Part shown: in pieces, positions 1 through 10,672 of the stretch | Position numbering within the stretch: position 1 is the stretch's first letter | Layout of the letters: the number at the start of each line of letters is the position of its first letter | Source of the DNA: Smithellaceae bacterium | GTDB lineage: Bacteria > Desulfobacterota > Syntrophia > Syntrophales > Smithellaceae | DNA length: 64,000 nucleotides | NCBI GenBank assembly: GCA_963667845.2 | Contig: CAXXVL010000002.1 | Location: 608,001 to 672,000 of the forward strand | Direction: 5' to 3' | Program-made: the position numbers and the translations under genes | The notes under the pieces: generated by a model | What the model was told of the DNA's origin: nothing | Databases searched by the model: none | Seen by the model: only the letters and a program-made list of their open reading frames with translations

Positions 1-803
1 TATATGTCGGCATAAATATAATCACGCCCGCTATAGAGGCCTTCAGTGACCATACTCATTCGATTTATGAAAAATTCATTGCTGATGTAATTAGAATAAG
101 CAAAGTAACCAATGGCTATGATCATGATAAAGGCAATAACATAGCCTCGAAATCGCTCATGCTTTTCTATCGTACGCAACTGGTAAAAAGCATATATTAT
201 TGCGACAATTGCAGCAGCAACCAATGCCCCGCGTTTATTGCCCAGTATTACATAGAACAAAATAACACCCATCAATACGCCACTGATGAGTTTGTTCTTT
301 TTCAATAAAAAAAGAAAGGGAGCCAATGCAACAAACATATAGGATATGTTATTAACGACTTCCTCTCTTTCGTATAAACTCATCAGAAGATTCTTTGTAT
401 GGTAAAACTGCATAATAGTAATCAGCAGCATGAAGGCAAAAAACCAGAGCAGATGTTTCGATTCTAGTAAATCATTCTCCGCGTAATAATAGAAGGGATA
501 AAATGAAAGCATACATGTTAAAATATTTTTAAACATGGAGATACGCTGCGGATCAAAATCAGCCGTAACAACAAATCCCGCGATGTTCAAAGCAAGCAAG
601 ATTGACCAAGCCCGAAAAAAAGGTCCCTTCATGGTATTGCCCATAAGTAACTTAATGAAGTAATACAACGATATAATAAAGATTAATGTCAGAGCGGTTT
701 GTGATATGAAGGTGCCCTGTGCATATAATAAGCCTTGTCCGAAATACAGAAAGAAGCAGATGGATAACATGTTGCGCGTAAATTTGTGTTTATTGATGTG
801 CAT
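1..803 (-). CDS. O-antigen polymerase/ligase-like (Wzy_C) membrane protein, 3' end outside window
   Basis: Not in the ORF track. Manual translation from ATG at 803 gives MHINKHKFTRNMLSICFFLYFGQG..., multi-TM, with KRGALV and LYSGRDYIY motifs typical of Wzy/WaaL. A wzx lies in the same operon. Confidence 0.7.
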   Translation of the reverse strand, partial: MHINKHKFTRNMLSICFFLYFGQGLLYAQGTFISQTALTLIFIISLYYFIKLLMGNTMKGPFFRAWSILLALNIAGFVVTADFDPQRISMFKNILTCMLSFYPFYYYAENDLLESKHLLWFFAFMLLITIMQFYHTKNLLMSLYEREEVVNNISYMFVALAPFLFLLKKNKLISGVLMGVILFYVILGNKRGALVAAAIVAIIYAFYQLRTIEKHERFRGYVIAFIMIIAIGYFAYSNYISNEFFINRMSMVTEGLYSGRDYIYADI

Positions 804-804
804 A

Positions 805-1818
805 TTATTCTTCAAAAGTGTGGATTAGATTTTCGACCATCCACCCCTGTGGATTAAATTTATCCTGATGCCATATTAAATCGGAAGTCCAATACCCCAT
901 ACATTTACTTGATCCTGATGTACCATAACCATAGCTTAATTCAATAATTAATGGCGCCCCTGATTCATCATAAACAAAATCGAAAGCGGCAGATTGTAAA
1001 TTCAATTTTTGAGTGATTTCAAAAGCAAGTTTTAGTGTAGTATTATCTATTGCATCATAAACAAAATTGGAACTCCCGGAAGCTCTAAAATCACCCTTTC
1101 GCACCATTCTTTTCAAACCATAAGCTTTATCCTTTATTACTATTAAGCGGACATCAAAATTGTTATTAGCAATAAAATCCTGAAAATACACATACCCTTT
1201 TTCACGGGCATGCATTTTGGAAAATTGAGTGGGCATAAACAGCCTTGCAAGTCCCTTACAAACACCCCAAAAAGAATCTTTCCCTTCTTTGTATTTTCTG
1301 TATCTTTCTTTCAGATAAGCAAAACGGTCAAACTGAGAAAAACCACGTCCGAAGGCTTTTCTGAGCAACCGTAAAGCCTGCTTTTTTGTTTTTACCAACC
1401 TAACATTGCTGGCACCAGCGCCACCTCTCAATTTGAATACTTTCGGAAAAGTGGTTGACTGAATCCAGTTGAAAGCGTCAGCCTTATTATAAAATACATA
1501 ACTGGGCACTAAAGGCGCCCCAATTGCTTCCAGCAAGTATTTTTGGCCTATTTTATCATCGAAGTGCCAGGTTGTGCTAAACTCCGGGAATATTTTTTTA
1601 CCTGCCATTTGCACTGAATATAAAAGCTGCTTGGCAAACAGGACATCTCTATAATCATCGTGGCTATGATGCCACATCAGCGCGTTACAATCAGCCAACT
1701 GTAAAATAATATCGGACGAGTAACAATAAACCAATTTATAAGGGATGTTCTTTTGTTGGCAATATTCAATCCATCGGTCGGAAAAGCTTCCAGGTCTGTT
1801 GTGAATAGCGATCTTCAT
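805..1818 (-). CDS. ATP-grasp (RimK/TupA-like) amidoligase
   Basis: VFKLRGGAGASNV, YFQDFI, FDVRLIV, DFRASG and AFDFV...IIELS ATP-grasp motifs. Start taken at MKIAIH. Confidence 0.75.
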   Translation of the reverse strand: MKIAIHNRPGSFSDRWIEYCQQKNIPYKLVYCYSSDIILQLADCNALMWHHSHDDYRDVLFAKQLLYSVQMAGKKIFPEFSTTWHFDDKIGQKYLLEAIGAPLVPSYVFYNKADAFNWIQSTTFPKVFKLRGGAGASNVRLVKTKKQALRLLRKAFGRGFSQFDRFAYLKERYRKYKEGKDSFWGVCKGLARLFMPTQFSKMHAREKGYVYFQDFIANNNFDVRLIVIKDKAYGLKRMVRKGDFRASGSSNFVYDAIDNTTLKLAFEITQKLNLQSAAFDFVYDESGAPLIIELSYGYGTSGSSKCMGYWTSDLIWHQDKFNPQGWMVENLIHTFEE

Positions 1819-2134
1819 TGCAGTGTCCTGATTATTGTTCAGTATCACTAAGATATTTTGACAATACTATGGCAGCCGCACGCATGTTTTATATTTGCCC
1901 ATTCCAGTTATCATTGCCAGATAATAATATTATCGTTCTATGGTAGAATTTGCCTTAAGTCACGCATCAATAGAACAAAACAATTTCGTTTTGAAGGCCA
2001 CTCAGGTTGAACAGCGGCCGGACAAAAATCACGGGAAATAAGCAGAGACGGGATAGGTTTAGTATTATTGTGTGCATGAACCTGATTTTCAATACCTCTC
2101 TTTTAACTGATGGTTCGGTGTTTATAAAGCAGTG

Positions 2135-3100
2135 CTAATGAAAATATCCCCTTTTTTTTATTTTAAAACAGTAATGTTTGAGCAGTGAAATAAAACAATA
2201 AAGTTTGTTGTTAATTCTTTGAAAAAGTATGAACCATAAAGGATAGTTGCGATAAACTTTTAAATAATACTCCCTACTCTCCATCAATTTTCGCACAATA
2301 AATAGCGATAGCATCTTCTTTGTTGAACAGCTCCCTTTATGGATTATCAGGCTCTGGGGGGCTATATAAGTTGATTTGTTCACGGACCGCAGTTTTTCGT
2401 GCAGTATAGGTTCTTCCAAAAACAAAAAAGTTTTTTCATCCAAAAGCCCTACTTGCTTAATGACAACAGCGCGAATCAGCATACAAGAACCGGAAATCAG
2501 ATCAACCTGCCTTGGTTCATTATAGGCATATTCGCCAATATAGTAATGTTTGCGGTGCCAGCGATTGTCAGGGAAAAGCCTGCCCCAAATACTTAGACGG
2601 AAAAAATAATCTCCCATTTCCGGGCGCCTTCGCGCGCAGTTTCGATCAATATTTCCGTCTGAATCAACTATTTTTGGCCCAACCAAGGCGCAGGTGGTAT
2701 TCATCTCCAATAACTCGACCAGCGGTTCGAGAAATTCTTTCTCAACAACCGTGTCGTTATTCAGGATCAGAATATATGGATCACCCGCGCGAATGGCCCA
2801 GCGTATGCCGATATTGTTTCCGGCGGCATATCCCCTATTGGCCTCAGATTGAATCAACACAAAGCCATGATCGAGAAACGGACCGCTCTCGGCTTGTTCC
2901 CGGGTAAGCATCAGACTCACGTGGGCATGCCCGGCTAACCATGCTTCGACCCGCGTAAGAGAGTCATTTTGCGAATCATTATCAACAATGATCACACGCC
3001 AGGGCTGGTAAGTAATATTTACAACCGATTGGAGACACTCCACTGTGTCCTGCCAGTTCTTATAATTGAGAATAACGATCGAAACCTTTTTGTTAACCAT
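2135..3100 (-). CDS. GT2 glycosyltransferase
   Basis: VSIVILNY, VDNDS, NRGYAAGNN, LNNDT, SGSCML, FLFLEE. Confidence 0.9.
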   Translation of the reverse strand: MVNKKVSIVILNYKNWQDTVECLQSVVNITYQPWRVIIVDNDSQNDSLTRVEAWLAGHAHVSLMLTREQAESGPFLDHGFVLIQSEANRGYAAGNNIGIRWAIRAGDPYILILNNDTVVEKEFLEPLVELLEMNTTCALVGPKIVDSDGNIDRNCARRRPEMGDYFFRLSIWGRLFPDNRWHRKHYYIGEYAYNEPRQVDLISGSCMLIRAVVIKQVGLLDEKTFLFLEEPILHEKLRSVNKSTYIAPQSLIIHKGSCSTKKMLSLFIVRKLMESREYYLKVYRNYPLWFILFQRINNKLYCFISLLKHYCFKIKKRGYFH

Positions 3101-3159
3101 CGAATCTTTCTTTGTAATAAATCATATTTATGCTTTGTTTACCTGCCATCACGATCTGT

Positions 3160-4596
3160 TCAGATATCACCGGGTTTGATCATATTATTCACAATTCCCG
3201 CTATAGTCACGGCAGATTCCATACCGTAGGCTACACAAAAGTCATTTACATATTTTTCGGCCAAGCTATGGGCGTCCCGTTTTCGCACTTCATCAGACAA
3301 CATTTGCCGGATTTCATTAAACAGTTCGTCCGATTTACTCACAAGGGGACAACCGGCTTTCTGAACTAGCTCTGCGCCATGACCCACCGGCGGTCCATCA
3401 ACAGAAAGCACAATGGCCAATTTTCTCTTAACAAGTGCATCGCTTCCAACGCCGCTATCCCGAACGACCACGATATCTACTGCGGCAAGAGCGTCGTCCA
3501 GTGAAAATGCAGCATTCTCATAAAAGCGTATGGCAGGGTACTGCTTTGCCATTTCGCTGTATTTGGCCAACTTTTCCGACGGATGCAAGCGGACAAAAGC
3601 ATTCCAATTACATGCAGTTTCGGCGGCAACACAGAAAGCGGTCACTGTTTTTCGCAGGATTTCAGGTTCGATCGGACCGGTGGCCAGCATAACGGCACTT
3701 TTTGTTAAATCCATACCTATCTTTTCCCGTGCCTGCACAGCCGATAAAGGGAGCTCACGGGTCAACCGTGGGCAGCCCACTACATCTATTTTCCCGGGGT
3801 TTTCTCCTTCACCAATCAATGTATCTTTTTGTATACGGCCCCAGCATAAAATTTTGTCAGCCAGGACAGGAGTGTATCCGAACGCACTTTCATTTGTTAC
3901 CCCATGAACCAGTGTGACCACAGGTATCCCGAGGGACTTTGCCGCCAATACTAAACAAGAGCAAGACGCATTGCGATCATATTCCGTCACTATGACGGAC
4001 GGCCGCCAATGTGACAGCAAGGCGAGGCATCCAGCAATATTCTGCGAACTGCTCAGCATATGGCGGGTGAGAAATTCGTAAGCACCCTCTGGAAGGTCAT
4101 GCTCCCGGCATAAACGTCTCAACTTTCTGCTCCATTTGGGAAGGCATTTAAGGTATTCCTTTCGCCATATCCTAGCGGCCTTTGGCACTGCCTGTTTCCA
4201 GTCAACGTCCTGTATCCCGGGGATTATCGCTGAGAAAGCTGGACCCATGCGGGCTATGATGCAGCGATCCTTACCGATAGCGTCAATAACCGGAAGTATC
4301 AAATTCTGCATACGGGTGCTTGCGGATAAACAAGTGGCCAAAATAGGACGCACGGGCGGTAAAGCAACTTCATTTGCAGGCAAATGAATCAGAAGGAAAT
4401 GGTAAAACATCCTGAGGTAAGCCATCCATCGTTGTCTCCGGTTAAACGATAAGCGCCCGTTATAGAGACCAATTATCAGACTATCATTTAATGTCTTCCC
4501 AATGGGTATGCCCAGGAACAAAGGTTCAGACAGGTCACGTTCAATTTTGCGCAAAACTGACGGAGAATACCGTGCGTGCAGAGCGTTACTCTTCAA
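3160..4596 (-). CDS. GT-B glycosyltransferase, putative nonulosonate (sialyl-type)/TagF-like transferase
   Basis: TLVHGV, DKILCWG, VVGCPR and VRLHPSE (HP motif). Lies beside wzx and the NeuB/cytidylyltransferase genes. TTG start at 4596 is inferred; the ORF track extends to 4647. Confidence 0.55.
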   Translation of the reverse strand: MKSNALHARYSPSVLRKIERDLSEPLFLGIPIGKTLNDSLIIGLYNGRLSFNRRQRWMAYLRMFYHFLLIHLPANEVALPPVRPILATCLSASTRMQNLILPVIDAIGKDRCIIARMGPAFSAIIPGIQDVDWKQAVPKAARIWRKEYLKCLPKWSRKLRRLCREHDLPEGAYEFLTRHMLSSSQNIAGCLALLSHWRPSVIVTEYDRNASCSCLVLAAKSLGIPVVTLVHGVTNESAFGYTPVLADKILCWGRIQKDTLIGEGENPGKIDVVGCPRLTRELPLSAVQAREKIGMDLTKSAVMLATGPIEPEILRKTVTAFCVAAETACNWNAFVRLHPSEKLAKYSEMAKQYPAIRFYENAAFSLDDALAAVDIVVVRDSGVGSDALVKRKLAIVLSVDGPPVGHGAELVQKAGCPLVSKSDELFNEIRQMLSDEVRKRDAHSLAEKYVNDFCVAYGMESAVTIAGIVNNMIKPGDI

Positions 4597-5923
4597 TAGA
4601 AATACCCTTTCGAGTAAGGAAGTAGAGAAAAAGATAACAATCCGCAATGAATGCCGTGTAACCGATCAGCATGGCCTGAGGAAACGCTACAAGCGATGCA
4701 CCGTCGCGGATCAGCCACATGAGGCTGACGCCATAGACAGCCATGCCGCAGAGAATAGCAGCCAGATAAAGTTTTTGTTTGCGGATGACATTGAACACGT
4801 TATTGATTGGCGTAAAGCACATCAGAACGGGTTGCAGTAAAGACCATTGCATGGCGGGAACGGCTTCAACATATTTGGGTACGATAAGCCGCGCAAGCGG
4901 CTCCATCAACCACCAGGCAATAGCAACAAGCGGCACCATGCAAACCGCACTGAGCAGCATAGGCTTGAAGGTGATGCGGCAGAGGTCCTTGACACACCCA
5001 CCACGGCCGAAAAGTTCCGCCATACGCGGATAGATGACCTGAGACAAAGCATGGGGGAGGAGCATTACCGCACCGGACGTCATAACAACCATCGCGTAAA
5101 GCCCCATACCATGTGTACCTGTATAAGACAAGACGAGTGTGCGATTGATCACTGACCACCATGCATAAATCTGACCGACCATAAATATCGGTGCGCCAAT
5201 GATAAAAAGATGTTTAATATTCTGAAAATTCCATTGGGGGCTTACACGCACCGGCCGCCAGTAATAAAAGAGCACCGCGGCAATTATTGCAGTAAATATT
5301 GCACGCAGACATATGCCGTAAAAGTCCAGCGACCACACCAGCAGCAGCAGCACAAGGCTTGCGACGGCCTGAACGACATTGATCATGGAAAGGCGGGCAA
5401 AGTCATGCGCCGTGCGATAGGTAACTTGCAGATAGTTTGTACTATAAAACAACAGAAAAGCAAGAACCGCATGTGCGCCCCACCCGGCAGCCATCCGGAG
5501 ATTCCCTTGAATCAGATAGTAAAGAGCTACGGCCAGTAAAGCAATGGCGGCTGCACTGCCAATTAGGATCATCCATGTTTGAGCGGATGCAGTGAGCTCG
5601 TTAGCCCTGTCCTGCTCACCCTTGCCGATATAGTATGGCAGTTCGCGGTTGAGACCGTTGGATATACCAAGCTGAAAAAACGGCGCATATCCCAAAACAA
5701 GTCCGATGCCACTGAAGAGGCCCAGCACAGAAGGCGCCACCATGCGCGCCATCAGGATGCCGCCAACCACATGAATGGCCGTTGATAATGCGTTGCCGCC
5801 AGCCAGAGCGCCAACAAGATAACCAAGTTGCCTTCGCTGAAGGTTTGCCTTCAGGCTATCGTGAGATTCTGCTTTAAGAACCACTTCTCCTGTCTTTGGT
5901 GGTTTAATGTCTTTTACCGTCAT
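4586..5923 (-). CDS. wzx: Wzx-type oligosaccharide flippase
   Basis: About 12 TM segments with a MOP-family pattern (GLNRELP, GLYAM, QVIYPRM). Confidence 0.85.
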   Translation of the reverse strand: MTVKDIKPPKTGEVVLKAESHDSLKANLQRRQLGYLVGALAGGNALSTAIHVVGGILMARMVAPSVLGLFSGIGLVLGYAPFFQLGISNGLNRELPYYIGKGEQDRANELTASAQTWMILIGSAAAIALLAVALYYLIQGNLRMAAGWGAHAVLAFLLFYSTNYLQVTYRTAHDFARLSMINVVQAVASLVLLLLVWSLDFYGICLRAIFTAIIAAVLFYYWRPVRVSPQWNFQNIKHLFIIGAPIFMVGQIYAWWSVINRTLVLSYTGTHGMGLYAMVVMTSGAVMLLPHALSQVIYPRMAELFGRGGCVKDLCRITFKPMLLSAVCMVPLVAIAWWLMEPLARLIVPKYVEAVPAMQWSLLQPVLMCFTPINNVFNVIRKQKLYLAAILCGMAVYGVSLMWLIRDGASLVAFPQAMLIGYTAFIADCYLFLYFLTRKGISIEE

Positions 5924-6043
5924 AAATGTTTATTGTTGAAGGATAAGTCGGAGATCACCATGAAGCTAAACAGATGTTTATTAGAATAAACCAATATTTC
6001 TTTGAGAGCAGCTTGAAAATATCCCTATATTTTCTACATGGCA

Positions 6044-6925
6044 CTACAGATCGTAAAGTTCTTTCTGTTTTACACTTGCGTTTATCTCCAATAGTCCAGG
6101 TTCACTTTGGACGTATTCCAGTATTTCCATCCAGGAAAAATGCCGGTTACCTTTGAAGTGGGTTAATATTCGCCTCGCTAATTCTAAATCCTCGGTTTTA
6201 TCGACGGCCCAGCGAAGATGACCAAAATCCTCGGCGTGATTGACCAGAAGACTTTTGAATCGGGGTGGTTCGGGAATGCTCGATATTTGCGTATAATACC
6301 CCGGCAGATCCCGGGAATCTGCAATCAGGATATCTTCATACATGTATGGCATGACATGTTCGCGCTGGTGAGGCAGACGTGCCTCACGCCATGCCTTGGC
6401 CAGAGCACGGAAAGAACATACTTCGACATCCAGGCCGATTGGATAAGTCCGGCCCCATGGGGGTGGCAGTCTGTTTGCCGTGAAATCCCAATAGAAGGGG
6501 CGTTCTTTTGTCGGTTCATAAGGCTGGTGCATGCCTTGAACGCCCAAAAAGAACTGAATCGTGCTGTCAATTAACGTAGGATCTATCAGTGGACAGTCGG
6601 ACGTGATCCGGACAACGACATCGGCTTGATAGGTCGTAGCGGCCTGATAATAACGATCCATGACGTCGAAATGACTCCCGCGAATACAATTGTATTTCTG
6701 ATTGCGGCAAAACGTCTCTATGAGATCGTCATCCTGCTCGGTCGTCGTGGCGACAACAACCTGATTGATGATTTTAGATAATTTTGTCCGCTCGACAACA
6801 TGCTGCAGCATTGGCGCGCCGACAATATCGAGTAATACTTTCCCAGGGAGGCGTGTGGACCTCATCCGTGCCTGAATGATTGCGACGATGTGTGGACTGT
6901 TTGGAGTCATAAAATAGAATGCCAA
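6044..6925 (-). CDS. SpsF-like acylneuraminate/ulosonate cytidylyltransferase
   Basis: IIQARMRSTRLPGKVL, RGSHFDVMDRY, RITSDCPLIDP, REHVMPY. Confidence 0.85.
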   Translation of the reverse strand: MAFYFMTPNSPHIVAIIQARMRSTRLPGKVLLDIVGAPMLQHVVERTKLSKIINQVVVATTTEQDDDLIETFCRNQKYNCIRGSHFDVMDRYYQAATTYQADVVVRITSDCPLIDPTLIDSTIQFFLGVQGMHQPYEPTKERPFYWDFTANRLPPPWGRTYPIGLDVEVCSFRALAKAWREARLPHQREHVMPYMYEDILIADSRDLPGYYTQISSIPEPPRFKSLLVNHAEDFGHLRWAVDKTEDLELARRILTHFKGNRHFSWMEILEYVQSEPGLLEINASVKQKELYDL

Positions 6926-7021
6926 ATTTCCCGTATTATTTGTCTCATGTTAAGTGGTTAACGCAGTTATAATTATCTGAATTATAGTCCCGTTCTGCAT
7001 TTTCTTATCCCTTGATCAAGA

Positions 7022-7804
7022 TCACCAACTCGTCCAGCCGCCTTCAACTAAAATATTGGCACCGGTTGTATAGGAAGACGAATCGGATGCTAAATAGAGG
7101 ATTGAACCGATAATTTCCGAGGATTTCATCATGCGGCCCATGGGACTCAATCGGTTAAATCGATCTTCAAAGGCTTTTTCATGGTTGTTCCATACACCGT
7201 GCGGCGTCACACAATTTACCCGCACGCCTTTTGGCGCCCAATAAGCTGCTAAATATTTTGTCAGCATGATGACGCCTCCTTTGCTGGCGCTGTAAGCCAG
7301 AGGATTGCCCATGGAATTGTTTTCATATAAAACCGGATTAGAGGAAACCACACCGTATGTGGATGCAAGGTTAATAATTGAGCCGCCTTTATTTTCGATC
7401 ATATGCGCCCCAAAATCACGGCACATCAGAAACGTCCCCTTGAGGTTGACATTCAAAATATCATCCCACAGGGCCTCTGGAAAATTTTCAGGCTGTGCTT
7501 CCAAAAATCCCTTGGGCTTGTATTGATGACAATTGATCACAACATCGATTCGCCCGGCTTTACTTAAGACTTCTTCCTTGAGCACTGCGACCTGTTCAGA
7601 CTTCGATACGTCAGTAACATAGCCATATGCCTTGATTCCAAGAGTTTCAGCCCGCGCTATAGGATTTGACTGCTCAACATCAACCAGGTGCACAATAGCT
7701 CCTCTTTCAATGAGTGCTTTTGATATTTCAAGGCCAATCAGCCCAAAGGCGCCCGTAATAACGATATTTTTATTTTCTATGTTGAATATCGGATCGTAAC
7801 TCAA
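7022..7804 (-). CDS. SDR oxidoreductase (PtmA-like)
   Basis: TGAFGLIG, YSASK, RVNCVTP. TTG start at 7804 follows an AGGAGG RBS. Confidence 0.85.
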   Translation of the reverse strand: MSYDPIFNIENKNIVITGAFGLIGLEISKALIERGAIVHLVDVEQSNPIARAETLGIKAYGYVTDVSKSEQVAVLKEEVLSKAGRIDVVINCHQYKPKGFLEAQPENFPEALWDDILNVNLKGTFLMCRDFGAHMIENKGGSIINLASTYGVVSSNPVLYENNSMGNPLAYSASKGGVIMLTKYLAAYWAPKGVRVNCVTPHGVWNNHEKAFEDRFNRLSPMGRMMKSSEIIGSILYLASDSSSYTTGANILVEGGWTSW

Positions 7805-8768
7805 TGTTTCCTCCTGTAATAATTTGATTTGCCAATTCAAGATCTGCAACAGCGTCTTGTGCCCCGCATAGCAGCTCAAAAGGTTTGTTTGTGCGGAAAA
7901 AATCTAATAGTTCGACCATTTGATGTTCGTAGGTCATTTGAATAACGTCCCGGGGGGCTTGAATTTTTGTCACCGAGCCATTATTAATAAGCATCTCGCC
8001 TGCCAACAGATCGATGGAAACCTGCCCGCCTGTAAAACTGATAAATAAAGATCTGCTGGTCTGTTTAGAGAATAAATCCAGTGTTAACGTGGAAATAACA
8101 CCCTTATCATGTAGCAAAACCGCTGTTGAATACTCGTCAACTTTAGAATCCAGAATCCTGCCCGAACTTGTTGCACTTTGAACACATTTGGTTCCGCCAA
8201 AAAGCCAATGAAGGTAATTGATCTCGTGCATATGGGTAAGTGTGGCCCCACCGCCTAAATCAGATCGTGCCGCATAGCTTTCTCGATAATCCTCCCACGG
8301 ATGCCAACCCGGAAGCCAGGCGTTGAAAACCGCTGCCGCATGTATGGGGACACCGAGTTCATTTGAGTCGATAATCATTTTGACTTTTCTTAAAAGCGGA
8401 TGAAATCTCATATTATATCCAACCGCAAGCATGCGCTCTTTTCTTTGGGCAAGTTCAACCAGCGCCAAACTCTTCTTGACAGACGCCCCGATGGGTTTTT
8501 CAACAAAAACATGAGATCCGCTTTCAATCGCAAGTTGCGCCGTATCTTCATGCAAAGCCGTGGGATTTGTGACCAGAACAAGCTCCGGTCTTTCGGCCAG
8601 CGCAACCCCATAATCATCATACACGTTATTCGGTTGGATGGACGGATCAAGCGCTAAAGAACCCTTTCTTGTCCGATAAGCATCGATGCGATTGATGCCC
8701 AGTTTTCTTAATATCTTTGCGTGCCGCTGGCCTATGGAACCCAGCCCGCAAATCAGAATATGGTTCAA
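7770..8768 (-). CDS. Gfo/Idh/MocA oxidoreductase (PtmF-like)
   Basis: GLGSIGQRH, VFVEKP, VGYNMRF, WHPWEDYR, GGG...HEINY. Confidence 0.85.
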   Translation of the reverse strand: MNHILICGLGSIGQRHAKILRKLGINRIDAYRTRKGSLALDPSIQPNNVYDDYGVALAERPELVLVTNPTALHEDTAQLAIESGSHVFVEKPIGASVKKSLALVELAQRKERMLAVGYNMRFHPLLRKVKMIIDSNELGVPIHAAAVFNAWLPGWHPWEDYRESYAARSDLGGGATLTHMHEINYLHWLFGGTKCVQSATSSGRILDSKVDEYSTAVLLHDKGVISTLTLDLFSKQTSRSLFISFTGGQVSIDLLAGEMLINNGSVTKIQAPRDVIQMTYEHQMVELLDFFRTNKPFELLCGAQDAVADLELANQIITGGNIELRSDIQHRK

Positions 8769-8799
8769 CTATACCTCCACTGTCCTGGATAAGATTAAA

Positions 8800-9876
8800 C
8801 TATTTTGAAAGAAACATTTCCCACTGTAACGGGGTATCCTCAGGAATATCGCAGAGCGCGTGGCTGTTGATCACGACATCATAATATTCCGGTGATATGC
8901 CGGATCCGGGCCGTTTGGCAATAATTCGCTCTGGCGTTATCTTTTCACCTTTTTCTATATTGCATGCAGCAACTAAGCTGCGGCGGGCAAATTTCCTCGC
9001 ATTTTCCTGTCCTGAGAGATCACCATTGCCACCGATGGCCAGCAGATCCTGAATATATTGATGTTGCTGTTTAAACCTTTGGATGTCGTTCCGATCCATC
9101 GCATGATAATGATCATTTCCCGGCAGAGTTTTATCCATAGTAAAATGCTTCTCCACAATTCGCGCACCCAGCATCCAGGCGACAGAAAGCTGAAGAGACG
9201 AGAAATCCGGCGGTACGTGATCGGAATATCCGGCAACCGTATCCGCAAAGCACTTCTTTAACCAGCCGATGGCTCTGAGGCGGGCGTCGATCGCCATGCA
9301 GGGATAATTGAGCACACAGTGCATAAGGCAAATATCAACGCAGCCATGGTTCTTCAGCAGTCTTACAGCATTGTCAATCTCTGCCAGCGTTGCAGCCCCC
9401 GTTGATAATATTACTGGCTTGCCTTGTTCAGCAATCTTCTTGATAAGAGGATAATTGGTAATATCGGCTGATGCGACTTTATAAACAGGCAACATATCTT
9501 TGAGTTCATCAAAGAACTCCAAGTCGAATACAGTAGTTATAAAGGTTATACCGCATTTTTTAGACTCTTCCGCCAATGCCGTGTACTGCTCAATACCAAA
9601 CCCATCAAATTTTTTGAATAGCTGGTACTGGCTTTCTGATGGCTCTTTGCTTTGGTCCCAATATGCGGGGCTATACTTGGATGCCAAACGCTCAGCCTTG
9701 TAGCTCTGAAACTTGATGGCATTGGCACCGGCCGCCGCAGCTTGCCTTACCATTTCCATTGCAGTTTGTATTTCATTTTCATGATTAACGCCTGCTTCCG
9801 CTATGAGATATAGCGGTTCATCCCCGCCAACTTTAGTCTTTTCGATGTAAAATTCCGGCGCCATCATTATAGACAA
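8800..9876 (-). CDS. neuB: NeuB-family nonulosonate synthase with C-terminal SAF domain
   Basis: IAEAGVNH, AIKFQ, KVASAD, LSTG, MHCVLNYP, GYSDH, EKHFT, ARRSLV, KRPGSGI. Confidence 0.9.
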   Translation of the reverse strand: MSIMMAPEFYIEKTKVGGDEPLYLIAEAGVNHENEIQTAMEMVRQAAAAGANAIKFQSYKAERLASKYSPAYWDQSKEPSESQYQLFKKFDGFGIEQYTALAEESKKCGITFITTVFDLEFFDELKDMLPVYKVASADITNYPLIKKIAEQGKPVILSTGAATLAEIDNAVRLLKNHGCVDICLMHCVLNYPCMAIDARLRAIGWLKKCFADTVAGYSDHVPPDFSSLQLSVAWMLGARIVEKHFTMDKTLPGNDHYHAMDRNDIQRFKQQHQYIQDLLAIGGNGDLSGQENARKFARRSLVAACNIEKGEKITPERIIAKRPGSGISPEYYDVVINSHALCDIPEDTPLQWEMFLSK

Positions 9877-10523
9877 TCCTCCCCGTTATGCTTGCGTCTA
9901 ACAATGTTTTCATAATATGCAATATTGTCAATATCATTTGTCATGTTTCCCGTATGCTTTCGGTAGCGGTAAAGTGGCAATTCTACATGTCGAATCATAT
10001 ATTTTTTTTCGAAACGGATTCTTAAATCCAGCTCTTCCCGCATCATCATGCTTTCATCGTAAAGTCCAATTTCGATCAATTTATCCTTGCGAAACATGAT
10101 CCCGCAGGCAATCGCATGTTCTTTCGCGCAGACACGTTCGATATGCTTTTCATTGTCATCAACAATAATATAATCGCACGAAACCGCATGCCATTCCACG
10201 TTCAGATTCAAAAAAAGTGATTCAACATATATGAGATCTTCATGCATATAATCATCTGAGTCGAGGTTTACAATATATCTTCCCTGCGCGGCACGGATAC
10301 CAGTATTTCTAGCCTTTGGCAGTCCACAATTCTCTTTATGTTGAATCAATCGTACAGTATCGGGAAAATCCCTGACAATGTCAGCCGTGTGGTCCGTTGA
10401 ACCGTCATCGACTACGATAACCTCAAATCTGCCACTTGAAAATCGTTGTGCGATGGCTGATCTGATTGCACGAGCGATATAGTTTTGCCGGTTATACACC
10501 GGTATGATGATACTGACTTCCAT
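9867..10523 (-). CDS. GT2 glycosyltransferase (short, SpsA-like)
   Basis: VSIIIPVYN, VVDDGSTD, ARNTG, LDSDD. Confidence 0.9.
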   Translation of the reverse strand: MEVSIIIPVYNRQNYIARAIRSAIAQRFSSGRFEVIVVDDGSTDHTADIVRDFPDTVRLIQHKENCGLPKARNTGIRAAQGRYIVNLDSDDYMHEDLIYVESLFLNLNVEWHAVSCDYIIVDDNEKHIERVCAKEHAIACGIMFRKDKLIEIGLYDESMMMREELDLRIRFEKKYMIRHVELPLYRYRKHTGNMTNDIDNIAYYENIVRRKHNGEDCL

Positions 10524-10672
10524 ATTAAAAGTCTCCTTCTGCTGGAATAAGTATTTTTCTTATCGTAATATTTCTTTTTATCCATGGAAAGCCCAATTTA
10601 ATGGCGAGTCTTTGAGCTTGACATAGTTTGTCTTGAGCTTGGGGTCTGACCACTCGCCATTGATCACCAAGG

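Noticed and set aside
6240..6545. Insert-like loops in the SpsF-like protein (also in the MBOAT and PHP phosphatase) as heptamer-derived
   Set aside because: No 7-nt periodicity is visible in the DNA.
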